Of a stretch of DNA of 64,000 bases, positions 1 to 13,390 are shown in pieces; positions within the stretch are counted from its first letter, which is position 1; each line of letters starts with the position of its first letter. Source of the DNA: Rhina ancylostomus (Eukaryota); NCBI GenBank assembly GCA_030265395.1, contig JARFYF010000002.1:62848586-62912585 (forward strand), read 5' to 3'. Under the pieces are notes generated by a model that did no database searches, was not told the origin of the DNA, and worked only from the letters and a program-made list of their open reading frames with translations. Made by a program: the position numbers and the translations under genes.

Positions 1-705
1 GTCAGCAAGACCAAGGAATTGATTGTGGACTTCAGGAAGAGGAAGTCGGGAGAACACACACCAGTCCTCATTGAGGGGTCAGTGGTGGAAAGGGTGAGCA
101 GCTACAAGTTCCTCAGCACCAATATCTCAGAGGTCCTATCCTGGGCCCAACACATTGATATGATCCTGAAGAAGGAATACCAGTGGCTCTATTTTGTTTA
201 AGAGTTTGAGGAGATTTTTATGTCACCAAAGACTCATGCAAATTTCTACAGATGTACAGTGGAGAACATGCTGACTGGCTGCATCACAACCCAGTATTGA
301 GGATCCAATCACAGGATAGCAAGAGGCTGCAAAGGGTTGTATACCCAGTCAGCTCCATCACGGGCACAACCCTCCCAACACTGAGGACATCATCAAGAGG
401 TGGTGCCTCAAGAAGGCGACATGCATCACAAAGGGCCCTCACCATCCAAGACATGCCCTCTTCTCATTACTATCATTAGGGAGGAGGTACAGGAGACCCA
501 CACTCAATGATGCAGGAACAGCTTCTTCCCCTCTGATTTCTGAACGGTCCATGAACCCATAAACTTACCTCATTATTCCATTTTTTGCACTATTTATTTA
601 TTATGTAATTTATAGTAATTTTTGTCTTTGGACTGTACTGCTGCTGCAAAACAACAAATTTCATGACATACAAGTCAGTGATTATAAATCTAATTCTGAT
701 TCTGA
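1..705 (+). mobile_element. Rex1/Babar LINE, 3' fragment (RT C-terminus and 3' UTR), decayed
   Basis: Translation KTKELIVDFRK...VERVSSYKFL..NISEVLSWAQHID..LKK..QWLYF is the typical Rex1 RT C-terminal motif; frameshifts and stops; ends in an (ATTCTG)n-like tail at ~690-705. Confidence 0.9.
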
Positions 706-934
706 CCTGCAAATCTCCCTCAGAGTCAAACATTAACCATATTGTTGCTGGTTTAAAATGATAGAAATCTGATCCTGACTGAACTGTGTTGGCACTTCAT
801 AACTACCCTCTCAAAACCAATTAGGGCTGGGTATTAATTCTTGGCCTTGCATAATCTTGTGCAAGTCCTCTGAGTAAAGACTCCAAGTCCTACAGTAGAT
901 CCCCAACAAGCAAAAGGTTAAATGGAGATAAACT

Positions 935-1735
935 TATTATCTTGAAAACCTCAATCAAGTCTTTCCAAAATTATCTAAATTCCAGGCATTACAATTCTAC
1001 TTTGTGTAATCTCTCCTCATAATTTAAACCTGCTTTAGCCTGTAAATCCACTCTGCACTCCTTTCAAGGTCAATATTTATAAATCGTGGTGTCTAGAGAT
1101 CTCCTTTCTATACCCCAAGCCTTGTTTAACCAGGATTTTGCATAGTTAAGCCCTTGACACCTCCTCACAACCGCTTGTACTCCAAGCCCCTGGATGATAA
1201 GGTTAGTAGTCTGTTAGCCTTTTTGATTACATCCTGCACCTGTCCATGACCTTTCGCTGGTCCATCAGCAAGGACCCTGAAGGGCCTTTGGATCTCCATG
1301 TTTCTAGTTTATTGTTATTTAGTAGATCTTTCATGTCCAAAGTGGATGACCTCACATTTGCCAATTTCCAAGCTTTGCCTATTTACCTAATCTGCTCATA
1401 GTTCCGTGTAATGTATTCATCTACACAGTTTACAATGCTACTTATCTTTGTGTTGTCAATAAACTTGAACAGGCGATTCTCTATCCCATCAGGATAGTAG
1501 TTTTTAGATATGGAGAATAGTTGTAATCCAGCACAGATCCTGTGACATTTCATCAGTTTGAGCAGTACTCATGGTCCCCTACTCTCTATCTGCTGCCTCT
1601 CAGACAGGTTAATAATTTTCTGCAGCTCCAGGAGTTACAGCTTTAGCCAGTAGTCTTTTTTTTGAGAGACTTCATGAAATTCCTCCTGAACATTCAGCTA
1701 TGTAACAAATATAAACCATCTCTTTACCACATGTG
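935..1735 (-). mobile_element. Old, heavily decayed CR1-type LINE fragment (RT region)
   Basis: Nucleotide resemblance to the better-preserved CR1 copies in the window (e.g. taaatccactctgcactcc, ccaaagtggatgacctcacattt); no usable ORF. Confidence 0.5.
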
Positions 1736-1743
1736 AATTAATC

Positions 1744-2790
1744 CTATTCCAAAGAATCTTCTCCAGTAATTTCCCTACCACTGATGTAAGGCCTATAATT
1801 TGCTGGATTATCCCTAATGCCCTTCTTAAACAAAGACACAACATTGATTATTATTCTGCTCTCTGGGACCTCACCTGTGACTAAAGAGGAGACAAAGATC
1901 CCTACCAATGCCTCAGTAATCTCCTCTCTTCCCTCCCTCAGTAAACTGAGATAGATCCCATCAGACCTTGGGGACTTATCCACCTTAAATATTCTTCAAG
2001 AGACCCTACTTGATAGCAACATGCTCTAGAATAACAGCATACCTGTCCCTGATCTCACTGTCCTCTAGGTATTTCATCTTGGTGAATACCAATGCAAAGT
2101 ACTTGTTTAGAATCTCACCCACTTCATCTGGCTCCAGGCATACTGTATATTCCTCCTTTGCCCTTGAGTGGTCCTATCCTCTCCCTGGTCAGCTTTTTTT
2201 TAAAAAATGTATGTATAAAATGCCTTGGGATTCTCTTTAATCCTACTTGCCAAGGACATTTCATAGCTTCTTTCAGCACTCTTAATCCCCTGTTTATTTC
2301 CTGCTTCCTTTAGATCCCTCAAAGGCCATGTCCAAATTCAGCTTCCTGAGCTTTACATATACTTTATTTTCTTTGTGACTAAGTTTGTAAAATCTCTCGT
2401 TATCCAATGTTTCCAACATTGCCATCCTTGTCTTTCTTCCTCACAGGAACATGTTGGTCCTCAATTCTGAGCAGCTGGCATTTAAATGACTCCCACATGT
2501 CAGATGTGGACTTACTCAATAACAGCCACTCCCAATCTACTCTTCCCAGCTCCTGCCTAATACTGTTGTAATTAGCCTTTCCACAATTTAGAACTCCCAT
2601 GCCACTACCCCCACCCCTGAAGTCCAGTCTTATTCTTAAACATAACAACTATCTGAAAATCTACAGAGTTATGATCACTGTTCCCAAAAGGGTCTCCAAC
2701 TGATACTCCAGTTACCTGGCCAGACTCATTTCCTAATGCAAGGTCTAGTATGGCCCCTTGCCTGGTTGGATTATCTGCATACTTTGACAA
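1744..2790 (-). mobile_element. CR1 (HER1-like) LINE ORF2 fragment, APE endonuclease end to RT start
   Basis: ORF pieces PTRQGAILDLALGNE...GNSDHNSVDF (endonuclease C-terminal SDH motif), ANYNSIRQEL..VDWE, DKSPRSDGI..LLRE and LFKKG.RDNPANYRP. Confidence 0.92.
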
Positions 2791-2809
2791 GAAATAATGC
2801 ATAGTGGTT

Positions 2810-4400
2810 TTCTAGTCACAGCCAGAGATCACTGAGACAACATAGAAAGCATACTGTCAAAAGTTGGACCAATTCAGGTTTGGGTGTGCAACCATTTTGC
2901 ACGTGAAGATACAAATGATACACAGAAAATCAGAAATGGGGACATTGAGCACTATCCTTTAGTGCACTGAGAAGACAAATCTTAGATGAATTATAACCAG
3001 AACATGCCAACATTATAAACACAAAGGTCATGTGGAAGCTCTGTATACTGACCAGTTGTTGATGGTGAATTTTCAGCAGGTACAGTCTGTCAGGAGTGCT
3101 GAACTAGATCTCCAAAGATGCTTTTGCAGACATAGGCTTGGCCAACAGGATCATTTCAGAGAGATCATGTTGATTTTTGTTAGAATGGCTGTGACAATTT
3201 TCTCATCTTTATTGATACACACTTGAAATGCACTATGACTTAACATGATGGTTCATGTGCATCAAGCACATGTTAGTTTCCCTATACCACTCAATCACTC
3301 ATGTAGCTGAAAAGCCTGTATATACTCTCAAGGAAGTTTTCTTCATTTAGCTAATTTTCTTTTCAAGGATCATGCAATGCTACGTTCCAGTGCAGGATTC
3401 AGCCAAGAATAGCTGTTTTGTTTTCTATTATTCATTTTTTGGGATCTCAGCATCTTTGGCAGGGCCAACATTTATTGCCCATCTCTAATTGCCCTTGAAC
3501 TGTGATCTTCCTGTCCACTTCAGGGGTAACTTAAGAGGTGACTACATGGAGTGGGTCTGGAGTTATAAGAAGGCCATACTGGGTAAGGAAGCAGATTTCC
3601 TCCCCTAATGGACAGTAATGAGCCGGTGGCTTTTAATGACAATCCAGTAGTTTTTTTAAGTCATTAATGTTAAAACTAGTTTTCACTTTTTCTCCCCCAA
3701 ATTCCAATCTTAACTGAATTTCTATTCCACGGCTGGTAGGACTTGAACTGTTCATCCAGGTCTCTGAATTACTAGTCCAGTGAATTCTCTGAATATGTTT
3801 GAAATTCTTACAGACCTGATTGCAGGAGAGAACAGAGAAGCAGCAGTTGAAGCAAAAGCAAAATCATGATTCACATGTTTACAACTCATACAGAAAAGGG
3901 GAAAAAGCTATTCAAGTAACACGAGGAACTGAGAGCACTCAGTCTGATGAACTAGGATGAAATGGCATAATGGTGGCATAATGGCCCACAGTACTAAATG
4001 AGATCTTGTGCAAAGGCAAAGTTAGAAACGTCTGTGTTGATCAAGTGACTACAGTGAGAGATATACCAGAACATAATGGAGAAACAGTTTGATGAACTTA
4101 TTTCAGAAATGGAAACAGAACGAAACACTAAGGAGAAACAAGCCAGCACTGAGGAGTGTTAGGATATTACAAACTTCAGGTCAACACCAGTAACCTAAAC
4201 ACAGTTGATAGACTGAACCTTAATTATGGCACATATGGGAAAACACTCTGTCAAAGAGGTAGTGTGGTATATTTGTATGTAAATGAGTCATGTATGTGAC
4301 ATAATAATATCATTTTATGCATGGTTTAAACAGATATAATTTTCGTTGCTAGTCTTTAATAAGGGAGTTACTGCATGTTTTAAAAGCCTTCATTTCACTG
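2810..4400 (+). mobile_element. Decayed Gypsy/Ty3 LTR retrotransposon 3' part: integrase and probable start of the 3' LTR, interrupted by a SINE
   Basis: Manual translation gives LRRQILDEL*PEHANIINTK (~2967-3026, Zn-binding region), WPTGSFQRDHVDF (~3139-3177), FLIFIDTHLK, EKQQLKQKQNHDSH and GKVRNVCVDQV; then a purine tract and TGTGGTATAT at ~4263. Confidence 0.7.
3425..3785 (-). mobile_element. tRNA-derived SINE whose 3' tail matches the LINE at 11-12 kb
   Basis: Reverse strand reads ...ttcaagtcctaccagccgtgg...ggattgtcattaaaag...aggggaggaaatctgc...ttcaagggcaattagagatgggcaataaatg; homologous to 18710-19015 and 46655-46930. Confidence 0.75.
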
Positions 4401-5559
4401 GAATTCAGATGATAGTGGTCCCTGGTTCAACCACCACTTCCTAATGCATCACATTCCTCCTGGTGGAAGTATTGATTCTTACCACTTCAAAATCTTCACC
4501 ACAATTGTGGGAAAAGAAAATACAGATAAATGAATGTAGTGTTCTCATAATAGTATTTCACAGCATAACTTCAGGGTCATGGTGTTTCTTTTATCCAGAT
4601 ATATCACAAAACAATAGCTTGACCTAGCTTAGTCACAAGTAAGGCCAAACTATAAAAGATTCAAGTAGATGTTCTCAGCACTTCCATCATTTTCAGGTTT
4701 AAAAATAATGAAGAAAGTAAGATTCTGCAGAGATAATCCCTTTTCTGACCTTTCCACTCAAATCTCTTAGAAACATCAACTGTCAATCTTTGAAGATGTA
4801 CAACTTCATTCTGGATTGAGGATTAACAGATAAATTGGCTGAAAAATTTGCCTGCCATTCATTAGGTTTTCCATTACCACTTTCATAGTGACAATCTCTT
4901 GAAGGATTATGCAAGATAGAAGCAGATGGACACCTTCTTCTGGGCATCTGAAACCTGAGTGAACAGGTCAAGCAACTGTGCATCTGTTTAACGAATCAGT
5001 TTGATGGATTGTTTACTGAACATCAGAACAATGAAGAGTAAGTCTGAGTGGGTGAAGTTATTGTCAAATCAGATCAAAAAGAAATAGAGAGGGAAAGAAA
5101 GGATATATTGAGAGAGAAAAAAATGAAAGATTAGAAAAAAAATCCTTAAAACAAAAGAGAAACAATTAAAACCTGAAGATACAAGCTCAGCACCTGTAAT
5201 TAAATTTCAGCACCAGAAGGGTTGACTGGCTGTCATACACATTTATCAAAAGAGCAGTTAGACTTGAAATAACTTTATTTAACTTTCTGTAGCAAGTTTA
5301 TATAATAATGCATTGGGCAACGAGGTAAAGTCAAATTGAGAGATGTTATTTTCATATATCCAATTACAACTTCTCAATTTACACATTTTATTACACATCC
5401 CCCTGGCCTTATGTGGCTGTGGCATTTACATTAAGCAATGGTGTGCATTTTGTTTTGATAATTTTTTTAGGTCAGTTTACAGACAGAATAATGTGTGACA
5501 AATTCAAAATACAGAATGCTAATTTATAACAACAGAGACCAAAGAAAGCATCCTATATC

Positions 5560-6050
5560 GACACATCACAGCTCAGTATGACAACTGCTCTGCCCAAGAC
5601 TGCAAGAAATTACAGAGTTGGACACAGCTCAACACATCACAAAAATAAGCCTCCCCTCCCTGGGCTCTGTCTACACCTCCTGCTGCCTTGGAAAAGCAGC
5701 CAACCTAATCAAAGACCCCTCCCACCCTAGACCTATCTTCTCCCCACTTCCATTGGACAGAAGACATAAAACCTTGAAATCACGTACCACCAGGCTCAAG
5801 GACAGCTTCTATCCCACTGCTATAAGACTACTGAATGGACCTCTTGCATGATGAAGATGAACTCTTGAGGTTACAATCTACTTTGTCATGGGCCTTACAC
5901 CTTGTCTACCTGCAGTGCACTTTCTCTGTAATTGTAACACTATGTTCTGCATTCTTTATTGCTTTTCCCTTTTACTACCTTAATGTACTTATGTTTTGAA
6001 ATTATCTGTCTGAATAGCTTGCAAACCAAAGTTTTTCACTGGATCTCTAT
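5560..6050 (+). mobile_element. Rex1/Babar LINE 3' fragment
   Basis: AQHIT..SLPSL..VYTSCCL.KAANLIKDPSHP...RTTRLKDSFYPTAIRLLN, the Rex1 C-terminal signature. Confidence 0.9.
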
Positions 6051-6074
6051 ACAATTAGAGGCGCCAGCCAAGTG

Positions 6075-7260
6075 CTTGTAGAGATAACAGAACACTGAGA
6101 AACCAACAGTAGGATTGAGCAGAGTTAGCATGAATTTATGATAGAAAAATCATGTTGACTGATCGATTGAAGTTCACTGAGGATATGACTATTAGAGGGG
6201 ATATGATAAGGGGGGAACCAGTGGATGTGGTTTTCAGATTTTCAGAAGATTTTTGATTGGGTCTCACACAAGTTATTGGACATAGAATTGGGTTGATATA
6301 TGNNNNNNNNNNNNNNNNNNNNNNNNNNNNNNNNNNNNNNNNNNNNNNNNNNNNNNNNNNNNNNNNNNNNNNNNNNNNNNNNNNNNNNNNNNNNNNNNNN
6401 NNNNNNNNNNNNNNNNNNNNNNNNNNNNNNNNNNNNNNNNNNNNNNNNNNNNNNNNNNNNNNNNNNNNNNNNNNNNNNNNNNNNNNNNNNNNNNNNNNNN
6501 NNNNNNNNNNNNNNNNNNNNNNNNNNNNNNNNNNNNNNNNNNNNNNNNNNNNNNNNNNNNNNNNNNNNNNNNNNNNNNNNNNNNNNNNNNNNNNNNNNNN
6601 NNNNNNNNNNNNNNNNNNNNNNNNNNNNNNNNNNNNNNNNNNNNNNNNNNNNNNNNNNNNNNNNNNNNNNNNNNNNNNNNNNNNNNNNNNNNNNNNNNNN
6701 NNNNNNNNNNNNNNNNNNNNNNNNNNNNNNNNNNNNNNNNNNNNNNNNNNNNNNNNNNNNNNNNNNNNNNNNNNNNNNNNNNNNNNNNNNNNNNNNNNNN
6801 NNNNNNNNNNNNNNNNNNNNNNNNNNNNNNNNNNNNNNNNNNNNNNNNNNNNNNNNNNNNNNNNNNNNNNNNNNNNNNNNNNNNNNNNNNNNNNNNNNNN
6901 NNNNNNNNNNNNNNNNNNNNNNNNNNNNNNNNNNNNNNNNNNNNNNNNNNNNNNNNNNNNNNNNNNNNNNCTTGCAGGTCTCAACAAAGGTCCATTTGGG
7001 GCTAAGATGAGTAGAAATTTCTTTGCACAGAGGGCGGCGAATCTTTGGAATTTTCCACCCAGAAGGGCTGTGAAGGGTCAGCCAGTGAGTTTGTTTAAAA
7101 CAGAAATTGATAGATTTCCGGATACTGAAGCAATCAAGGGATATGGGAATAGCTCAAGAATATGGAGCTGAGGTAGGAGATCAGCTATGATCTTATTAAG
7201 TGATAGAGCAGGCTCTAAGGTCCAGATGGACTACTAATCCTTCTGATTCTTGTGTTCTTG
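6075..7260 (+). mobile_element. CR1 LINE fragment(s) on both sides of an N-gap (RT start; 3' end)
   Basis: HEFMIEKSC.. and D.GEPVDVV motifs before the gap; RNFFAQRAANLWNF...FKTEIDRF and a CR1 3' UTR (gatcagctatgatcttatt) after it. Confidence 0.8.
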
Positions 7261-9574
7261 CATTCTAACAGCAGAGTGCAAATATCTTCACAAGCACTAC
7301 TGACATTCAAAAATGTACCTTTTCAAAGGCAATTACAGACCAAGGTTAAATTCAGACTCTACCAATGACAACCACATCCTGCATGAAATAAAATCCTTGC
7401 AGGCTATTTAGAAACCAGACAGGTAAATGCTCATGTATTTAAGTCTCATCATTTTAAGAGTCATTTTGAGCATAAACCAGGAATGGGCCTGTTGTTTCTA
7501 TGCAGTAAATACCACATGCAAAGATAAATGTGATACACTCTTCCTTTTTTCATGATGGAATTACAAACTCAAGCTGAAAGTCAGACTAGGATTCTGAAAG
7601 CCAGAAGTGTCAGCTGAGGACAGTTCCCACTATTGCACAAAACTGCTATTCTGGAGGCATTGAGCACTTGCACTCATACCAATGAGCATCATATACATCC
7701 CTAATAGACTGCAGTGGACTGACTGTCATCTTGAAGTGCAGACGACCATCCATGGGCAAGCAACTATAAAAATAAGTTCCACTGGGGAGGATGTAGTCAC
7801 TGATGCACATCAACTTTATTTAGCATTCAAGTTGAAGAAGATGGTTTTAAGCATTTATTATTTATTTTCCATACATGACTAAATCCAGGATTTTCCATGC
7901 ATGAACAGAATTTTGTTTTTAACCTGAAACAGCATTCATTTGATGAAACCAATTATTCTTAAATTTTAACCCAGATTGAAAGACCCAGAAAGTAAAAGGC
8001 AGGTATGTAAAAGAAGATTTAAATACATTATCAAAAAACTAATATATTAGTTAAATAATATCTTAAATACATGTAAAATTTCCTTTGATACCCCAGATTT
8101 TGAGAACTTCTGAAATTATTTATCAGGATACTAAATGAATGATTCAAATACTTTTTAATCACAACTTTTAAAAATGTTTGTTGAGTGTTTTGAGGGTTGG
8201 ATCTGTTCAAAAATCAAGATTCTGAAATGAGGATTTTCATTCCAAAAGAACGGAAACATTTGCCTTTCCAAGTGACTCAAAATGGGAAATAACATGAATG
8301 AGATGCCATGAGGAATTGAAGTTGGGCTGCGCAGCAATGGATAGTTCATGAATTTAGCAGNNNNNNNNNNNNTTGCTCAGATTAAAACTTTCTAGAGCTG
8401 AGCATTGTGTGCTCTGCATTATTAGTTAAACTTTCTACTTCATCTCTCAAGAATTTTTTTGTAAATCATATGCAGTGAAGCTGGGATTACTGTTGAATTC
8501 AGTCTGTGGATTGGATCATTTTTTTTCTCCAAGTAATAAGCTGACTGCACTTGGTATTCCCAGGTGGTCTCCTGCAGCATCTGTAGGTTCTTCTATATTG
8601 ATGATAAGGCAGGTAAATGGGATTGACTTTGTCAGCAAACAACATTGAATTAACAGCATAATGTAACAGAATAAATAACATATCTAAAGTCAAACCATAT
8701 GGTGCACATGGTTCCTGTCATTAAAATACCACAGGTTTCATCCGAGTATTTACCAAGCCTTGCGAGAAGAGCTAGCTGGTAGCACAGCGACAGCTCCAGG
8801 GTGTCAGGCACCACAGAACAGCAGGACCAACAGCAGATATCCTGAACTAATGAAATTTGAGAATTGAGAATAAATTAAACAAATGATGGAGGGTCAAAGA
8901 GCTGAAGTGGAGCTGCATCAAATGAAGAAGGGGAAAGGTTGGACTGAGAGAGGGAGACAGACAGAAAAGTGTCCAGTAAGCAATCTAAATGATCAGCTAC
9001 TTCCATGCCTGTTTAAGGCAAGAAAGTGTCTGTTCAGCTGGAGCTCACTGACTGCTGCCAGGGCCCTGCCATCATGCAGAAGTGGGCACATAACAGAACT
9101 GATGTGAATTCTTTCCCCGTGTTCTTTTACTTNNNNNNNNNNTCTCTAAATGGAGGCGAAATCATTTTGATGGCAAATCACTGACTCAGATTGTGTTTGT
9201 GAATCTCTTCCTCAACTTTTCTATTGTACCTCAGTCACAATGCTGGATGTCTGGCAGAAAGGTGATTCAAATAAAACTTTCAGCCTCCACAATAGATTAA
9301 TAACATTTAGTTTTGTTATCCAAAATATCATTTATTTGTGGAGATTTTTTTCTGATAATGCTTTATTAATAACAAAATATGAGCATTAAAGTAATAGAAG
9401 GATATATTGAAAAGGTTAGATGAAGCAGAATGAGAAGTTTGCATGGAGCATGAACAACATCTGGGTAGATAGTCCATTTTTATGCTGTATGTTCTATACA
9501 ATTCAATATGCTTGTCAAACATTTGTGGCATTGCATAAGGATAAAAAATATGGATATTCTATTATAAAAATATA

Positions 9575-9720
9575 ATAGCGCAGATTCTGGAAATCTTGAA
9601 ATAAAAACAGAAAATACTTTAAATACTCAGCAGGTTGGACAGCCAATGTACCTTATTAAATTGGATTATTATTGTCAAGAAATGCTTCAGGTCGATGGCT
9701 TTTCATCGTAACCAGAATAG
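9575..9720 (-). mobile_element. Penelope-like element terminal repeat remnant
   Basis: gattctggaaatcttgaaataaaaacagaaaatact...ctcagcagg...ttcaggtcgatggcttttcatc matches the repeats at 57.3, 57.6 and 62.6 kb. Confidence 0.6.
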
Positions 9721-10984
9721 GTGGGAGTTGTTTCTGGTTTAAGTAGAAGTGTGGTCAAAATAACTGTGGGAGTCAGTGGGTTGGTAGTGCACATTGGTCA
9801 GTATTGTATCCCAGAAAATGAGGTAGAAGATTGAGGAAGGGTGGAAATTGGAAGCAAAGTCAATGAAGTTTTCCATTTGGACTGAAAAGCAGCAAACAAC
9901 AGTAATTCAGTCGTCAAAATTTTAAAATAAAAGGTGAGGGCAGGGATCCGAGTAAATTCGGAACAAAGACTGTTCCACATATTCTGCAAGATCACAGACA
10001 AGATAGCACCCTTATGGGTTCTCTTAGCAATACCTTTTCTTTAGTCTATATACACTTTCCTTAATAATTGTTCCAAAGGAGAATATGCTCAGCCTCAAAG
10101 CTGGATGGTAACGGGGTGACCTTTATCCAATGAAGCAGCAAAGGTTGGGAATGGAAATGCAGTGGACGCCTGGGCCTGTTCATTCAACTTTATGATTTTC
10201 TTTCTCTCACTCTCTATCTCCCTCTCTCTATTAGCTTACTTATATTTATTATTTTTTCCTTCCTTATTCTTACTCTTTGCATTCTCTATTGCTTCTCCTG
10301 TTTTGCCTCTATCTTTTCCCTTTCCAATCCAAAATGTGGAAATCATTTATAAAAAGACACCTTGGACAACTAGTGGGAATTCATTTAGTGGCTACAATCA
10401 TAGGATGATACAGTCTCAGTATAAAATAGCAGTTATTGTGTATGCTTTATGGCTTTTGACACCAAAAATCCTGATAGAGTGCTACTTACAGAGAGAAAAA
10501 AAACAGGCATTGTACAAATCTGTAATTTATTATTTTATTTGGAAATATGGACCTCATGTTTGGTTTCGATTAATAATAAAGGACAGATTTGAATGCTGTT
10601 AGATGCAAATATGCTACTATGCTTTCAGTTTATACGTCCAGTATCTGATCTGTGCCCTATTTATCTCAGAAAAATTAACCCCCTCCACCACATGCATTAC
10701 AGACAAAAGACCCAAATAACATGAGCAGTTGCTCTCCTAGCCATCCTTATAGTCTCTCAATGAGATAACTCATGACAGATGGAAACGTGTCATGAGCAAT
10801 TTCTTCCAATATAACCCAAGTTGAAGCTGACTAATATTATGACACCTTATATTCAAATGACTTACCTTATTTTCAGACTGGGCTAGATTCAAACTGATCT
10901 GTGGATGCTGTTGTACTTCAGTACCATCTGCAGTTAAGCTGCTCCTATACAGTTACAACACCAGCACCGACCCAACAATGATGA

Positions 10985-12190
10985 AAAGTAGCTGAGACAT
11001 ATCTGGAAAAATCTAAACCAATTACTGCCCACTCAGTCTACTTTCAATCATCAGCAAAGGCCTGAAATATGTTGATATCAGTGCTGTCATGCTGCACTTA
11101 TTGTCAATAATCTACTTGTTGAAGTCCACTTTGGGTTTCACCAAAACCACACAGCTCTAGACTACAACCTTATTTCAAACATGGACAAAAGAGTTAATTT
11201 TAAAGGCTATCGTTTACTGAGTTAATCATCAAAGAGCCCAAGAAAATCTGAAGCCAATAGGCATCAAGAGGAAAGCAGTTGATGTTGGACCTCAATCACA
11301 TCAGTCCCAGGAAGTCACTGTCAGGGTTCTTTAGGGTAGTGTCTGAGGTCCACCATCTTCAGCTACTTCCCTCCAGCAAGATCAGAAAAGGGAATGTTTG
11401 CTTATGACTGCACAATGCTCAATTCCATTTGCAACCTCTCAGAAAATATAGCAATCCATGCTTGTATACAACAACCAGATATGGGGCCGGGCAATGACCA
11501 TTTCCGAGAAGAAAGCACCTACCCACCCACTTTGACATTCACTTGTATTATCATCATCAGCTCCCCACCCCCTCCTCCACCAAATTTTCAACGTCCTGGG
11601 ATCAATATTGACCAAAAACTCAGCTGGATCATCCACGTAAATAAGGGGGTACAAGTGCAGAGCAGAAATTGGGTATCCAGTGATGAGTGACTCACCATCT
11701 GACATCCCAAAGCCTTTCAACCATTTACAAAGTGAAAATCAGGAGTATGATAAAATCCTTTGTACTTGTCTGGTTAAATACAGCTCAAATGACACTCAAG
11801 AAGCACAACAAGTTCTAGAGGTTGGTGCCCACTTGATCGGCACCCCGTTCATAATCCTCAACATTCATTCCTACCACCACTATTGCACTGTAACTGTAGT
11901 GTCTACCATCTACAAAATGCACTATGTTACTTGAAATAGTCCACTCCAGCACAAGTTTCCAAACTCATGAACTCCATTCGTCAAGAATAACATAGGGGCA
12001 TGGAAGTATATTAACGTTCCATTATTATCGTAGGGTTTACATCCTGGAACTTACAATCAAACAGCACTGTGGGAGTACCTTCATCAGAAGGGCTGCACAT
12101 TTCAAGAAGCTGGATCACCACCATCTCAAGAGTATTGGGAATGGACAATAAATCCTTACATAACATGTTGTGAAAGATTAATAAATGAAA
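10985..12190 (+). mobile_element. Decayed non-LTR retrotransposon of the CR1/L2 group (family distinct from the HER1-like CR1), RT to 3' end
   Basis: NYCPLSLLSIISK (NYRPISLL-type), V.QGSV, MFAYDCT (FADD-type), GINIDQKLSW; 3' end ...ttcaagaagctgg...ggaatggacaataaat. Confidence 0.75.
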
Positions 12191-13289
12191 AATATAGAAT
12201 CCCTTAATAGAAAAGCAAATTATGCCATACAGCTCCAGAATCACTATAGGGGCAGATGAAGCTGGTACATGTGCTATTAATAGACCTGGTTCAGCTATGT
12301 GCTTTACTTAGACACAATTGGTTGAGATAGATATGTATATTAATCAGATACACAATAATAAGCAACATTCAGGAGAAAACTTAAAAGATACTTTTAAATT
12401 AGTTGTATTATCAATTCCCTTGCTACATATGAAATGTGCAGACTTCAAAATGACATAATCGTTTAACATTTTGATGTGCACAATTGTTCAAGCTGTTATA
12501 CTTTCAAGCTGTGAAATGACCTTTCAAAATGAATGAAAAATGTAAATCAACAAAATGAAAGAACAATAGTAAAAACTGAGATGGTGAGATTTATGATCAT
12601 GACTTTTTAGATTTGGCATTGCTAAGTTATGTCCTTGTGGGATGAGCAGATACATTGTCAACAACACAACGGGGTGTTTGGAGAATTTGAAATGCAGTAC
12701 TTTACCATATTTCTAACTATTGTCGTCATTTCATGTAATTATGATTTCTCCCTCAAGGTCTTTAAAAAGTCTTCAAAGCTGCTGAAGAATGAAAATAGAC
12801 AAAAAGCTGAAATCTACCTGATGGCAGCTCCAGTCTTTTGCAGCTGAACTGCTAGGATACTTTATTTTGCATAAAGCATAGCAACTTGCCTACCCAAAAT
12901 GAATTAGCATCATGTAAAATTAGGAATTACGGGTTACAAATTGGGGGCACCCACTCTATCAGTAATCCATATCACACTGTAATGCTTTCTTTCCCTCCCT
13001 CTGGCCTCCACAGCCCTGAATGTATCCCACTGGTTTGAAACCAACTCTCTCTTCCAGTATCCACAATAAGCCCAGATTGCATCTGATGCCCCCATCCACC
13101 TCTCCTAGTGGTTTGATTGTCTGCCAATCAAACTATCCTCTCACCTCTTGTCCACAAGTATGGTCTCATGTTATTTCCCCCCTCCAAATACATCAGCTCA
13201 CAACAGAATATTCTCATTCTCCAGCCTCTCTCAATGGGCCTGATCATGCTCTGGAGCTTTCTCAATTCTCTTATCAAACCCTATCGGGA

Positions 13290-13390
13290 GTTATTGGTGG
13301 CTCAGTTGGAAGCAATCTCACTTTTAAATCAGTAGGCAGTTTTAGTGCAACTCTCGAGATTGGACACAAAAGTCTTGACATTAAAGACAT
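13290..13390 (+). mobile_element. tRNA-derived SINE head (Deu/SacSINE1-like), decayed
   Basis: A-box-like tggctcagttgg followed by agcaatctcac..tcag, resembling the head of the SINE at 59.4-59.7 kb. Confidence 0.45.

Noticed and set aside
6136-7171. Long ORFs of 188-304 aa here, at 45556-46435 and at 58090-58656
   Set aside because: They run through N-gaps (poly-X) and are artefacts
10162-10602. 146-aa hydrophobic ORF resembling a membrane protein
   Set aside because: Arises from a low-complexity CT-rich tract with a non-ATG start; no recognisable family
13020-13200. LSSSIHNKP resembling the Penelope RT thumb motif (..Y.KPT)
   Set aside because: Too short and degenerate to call
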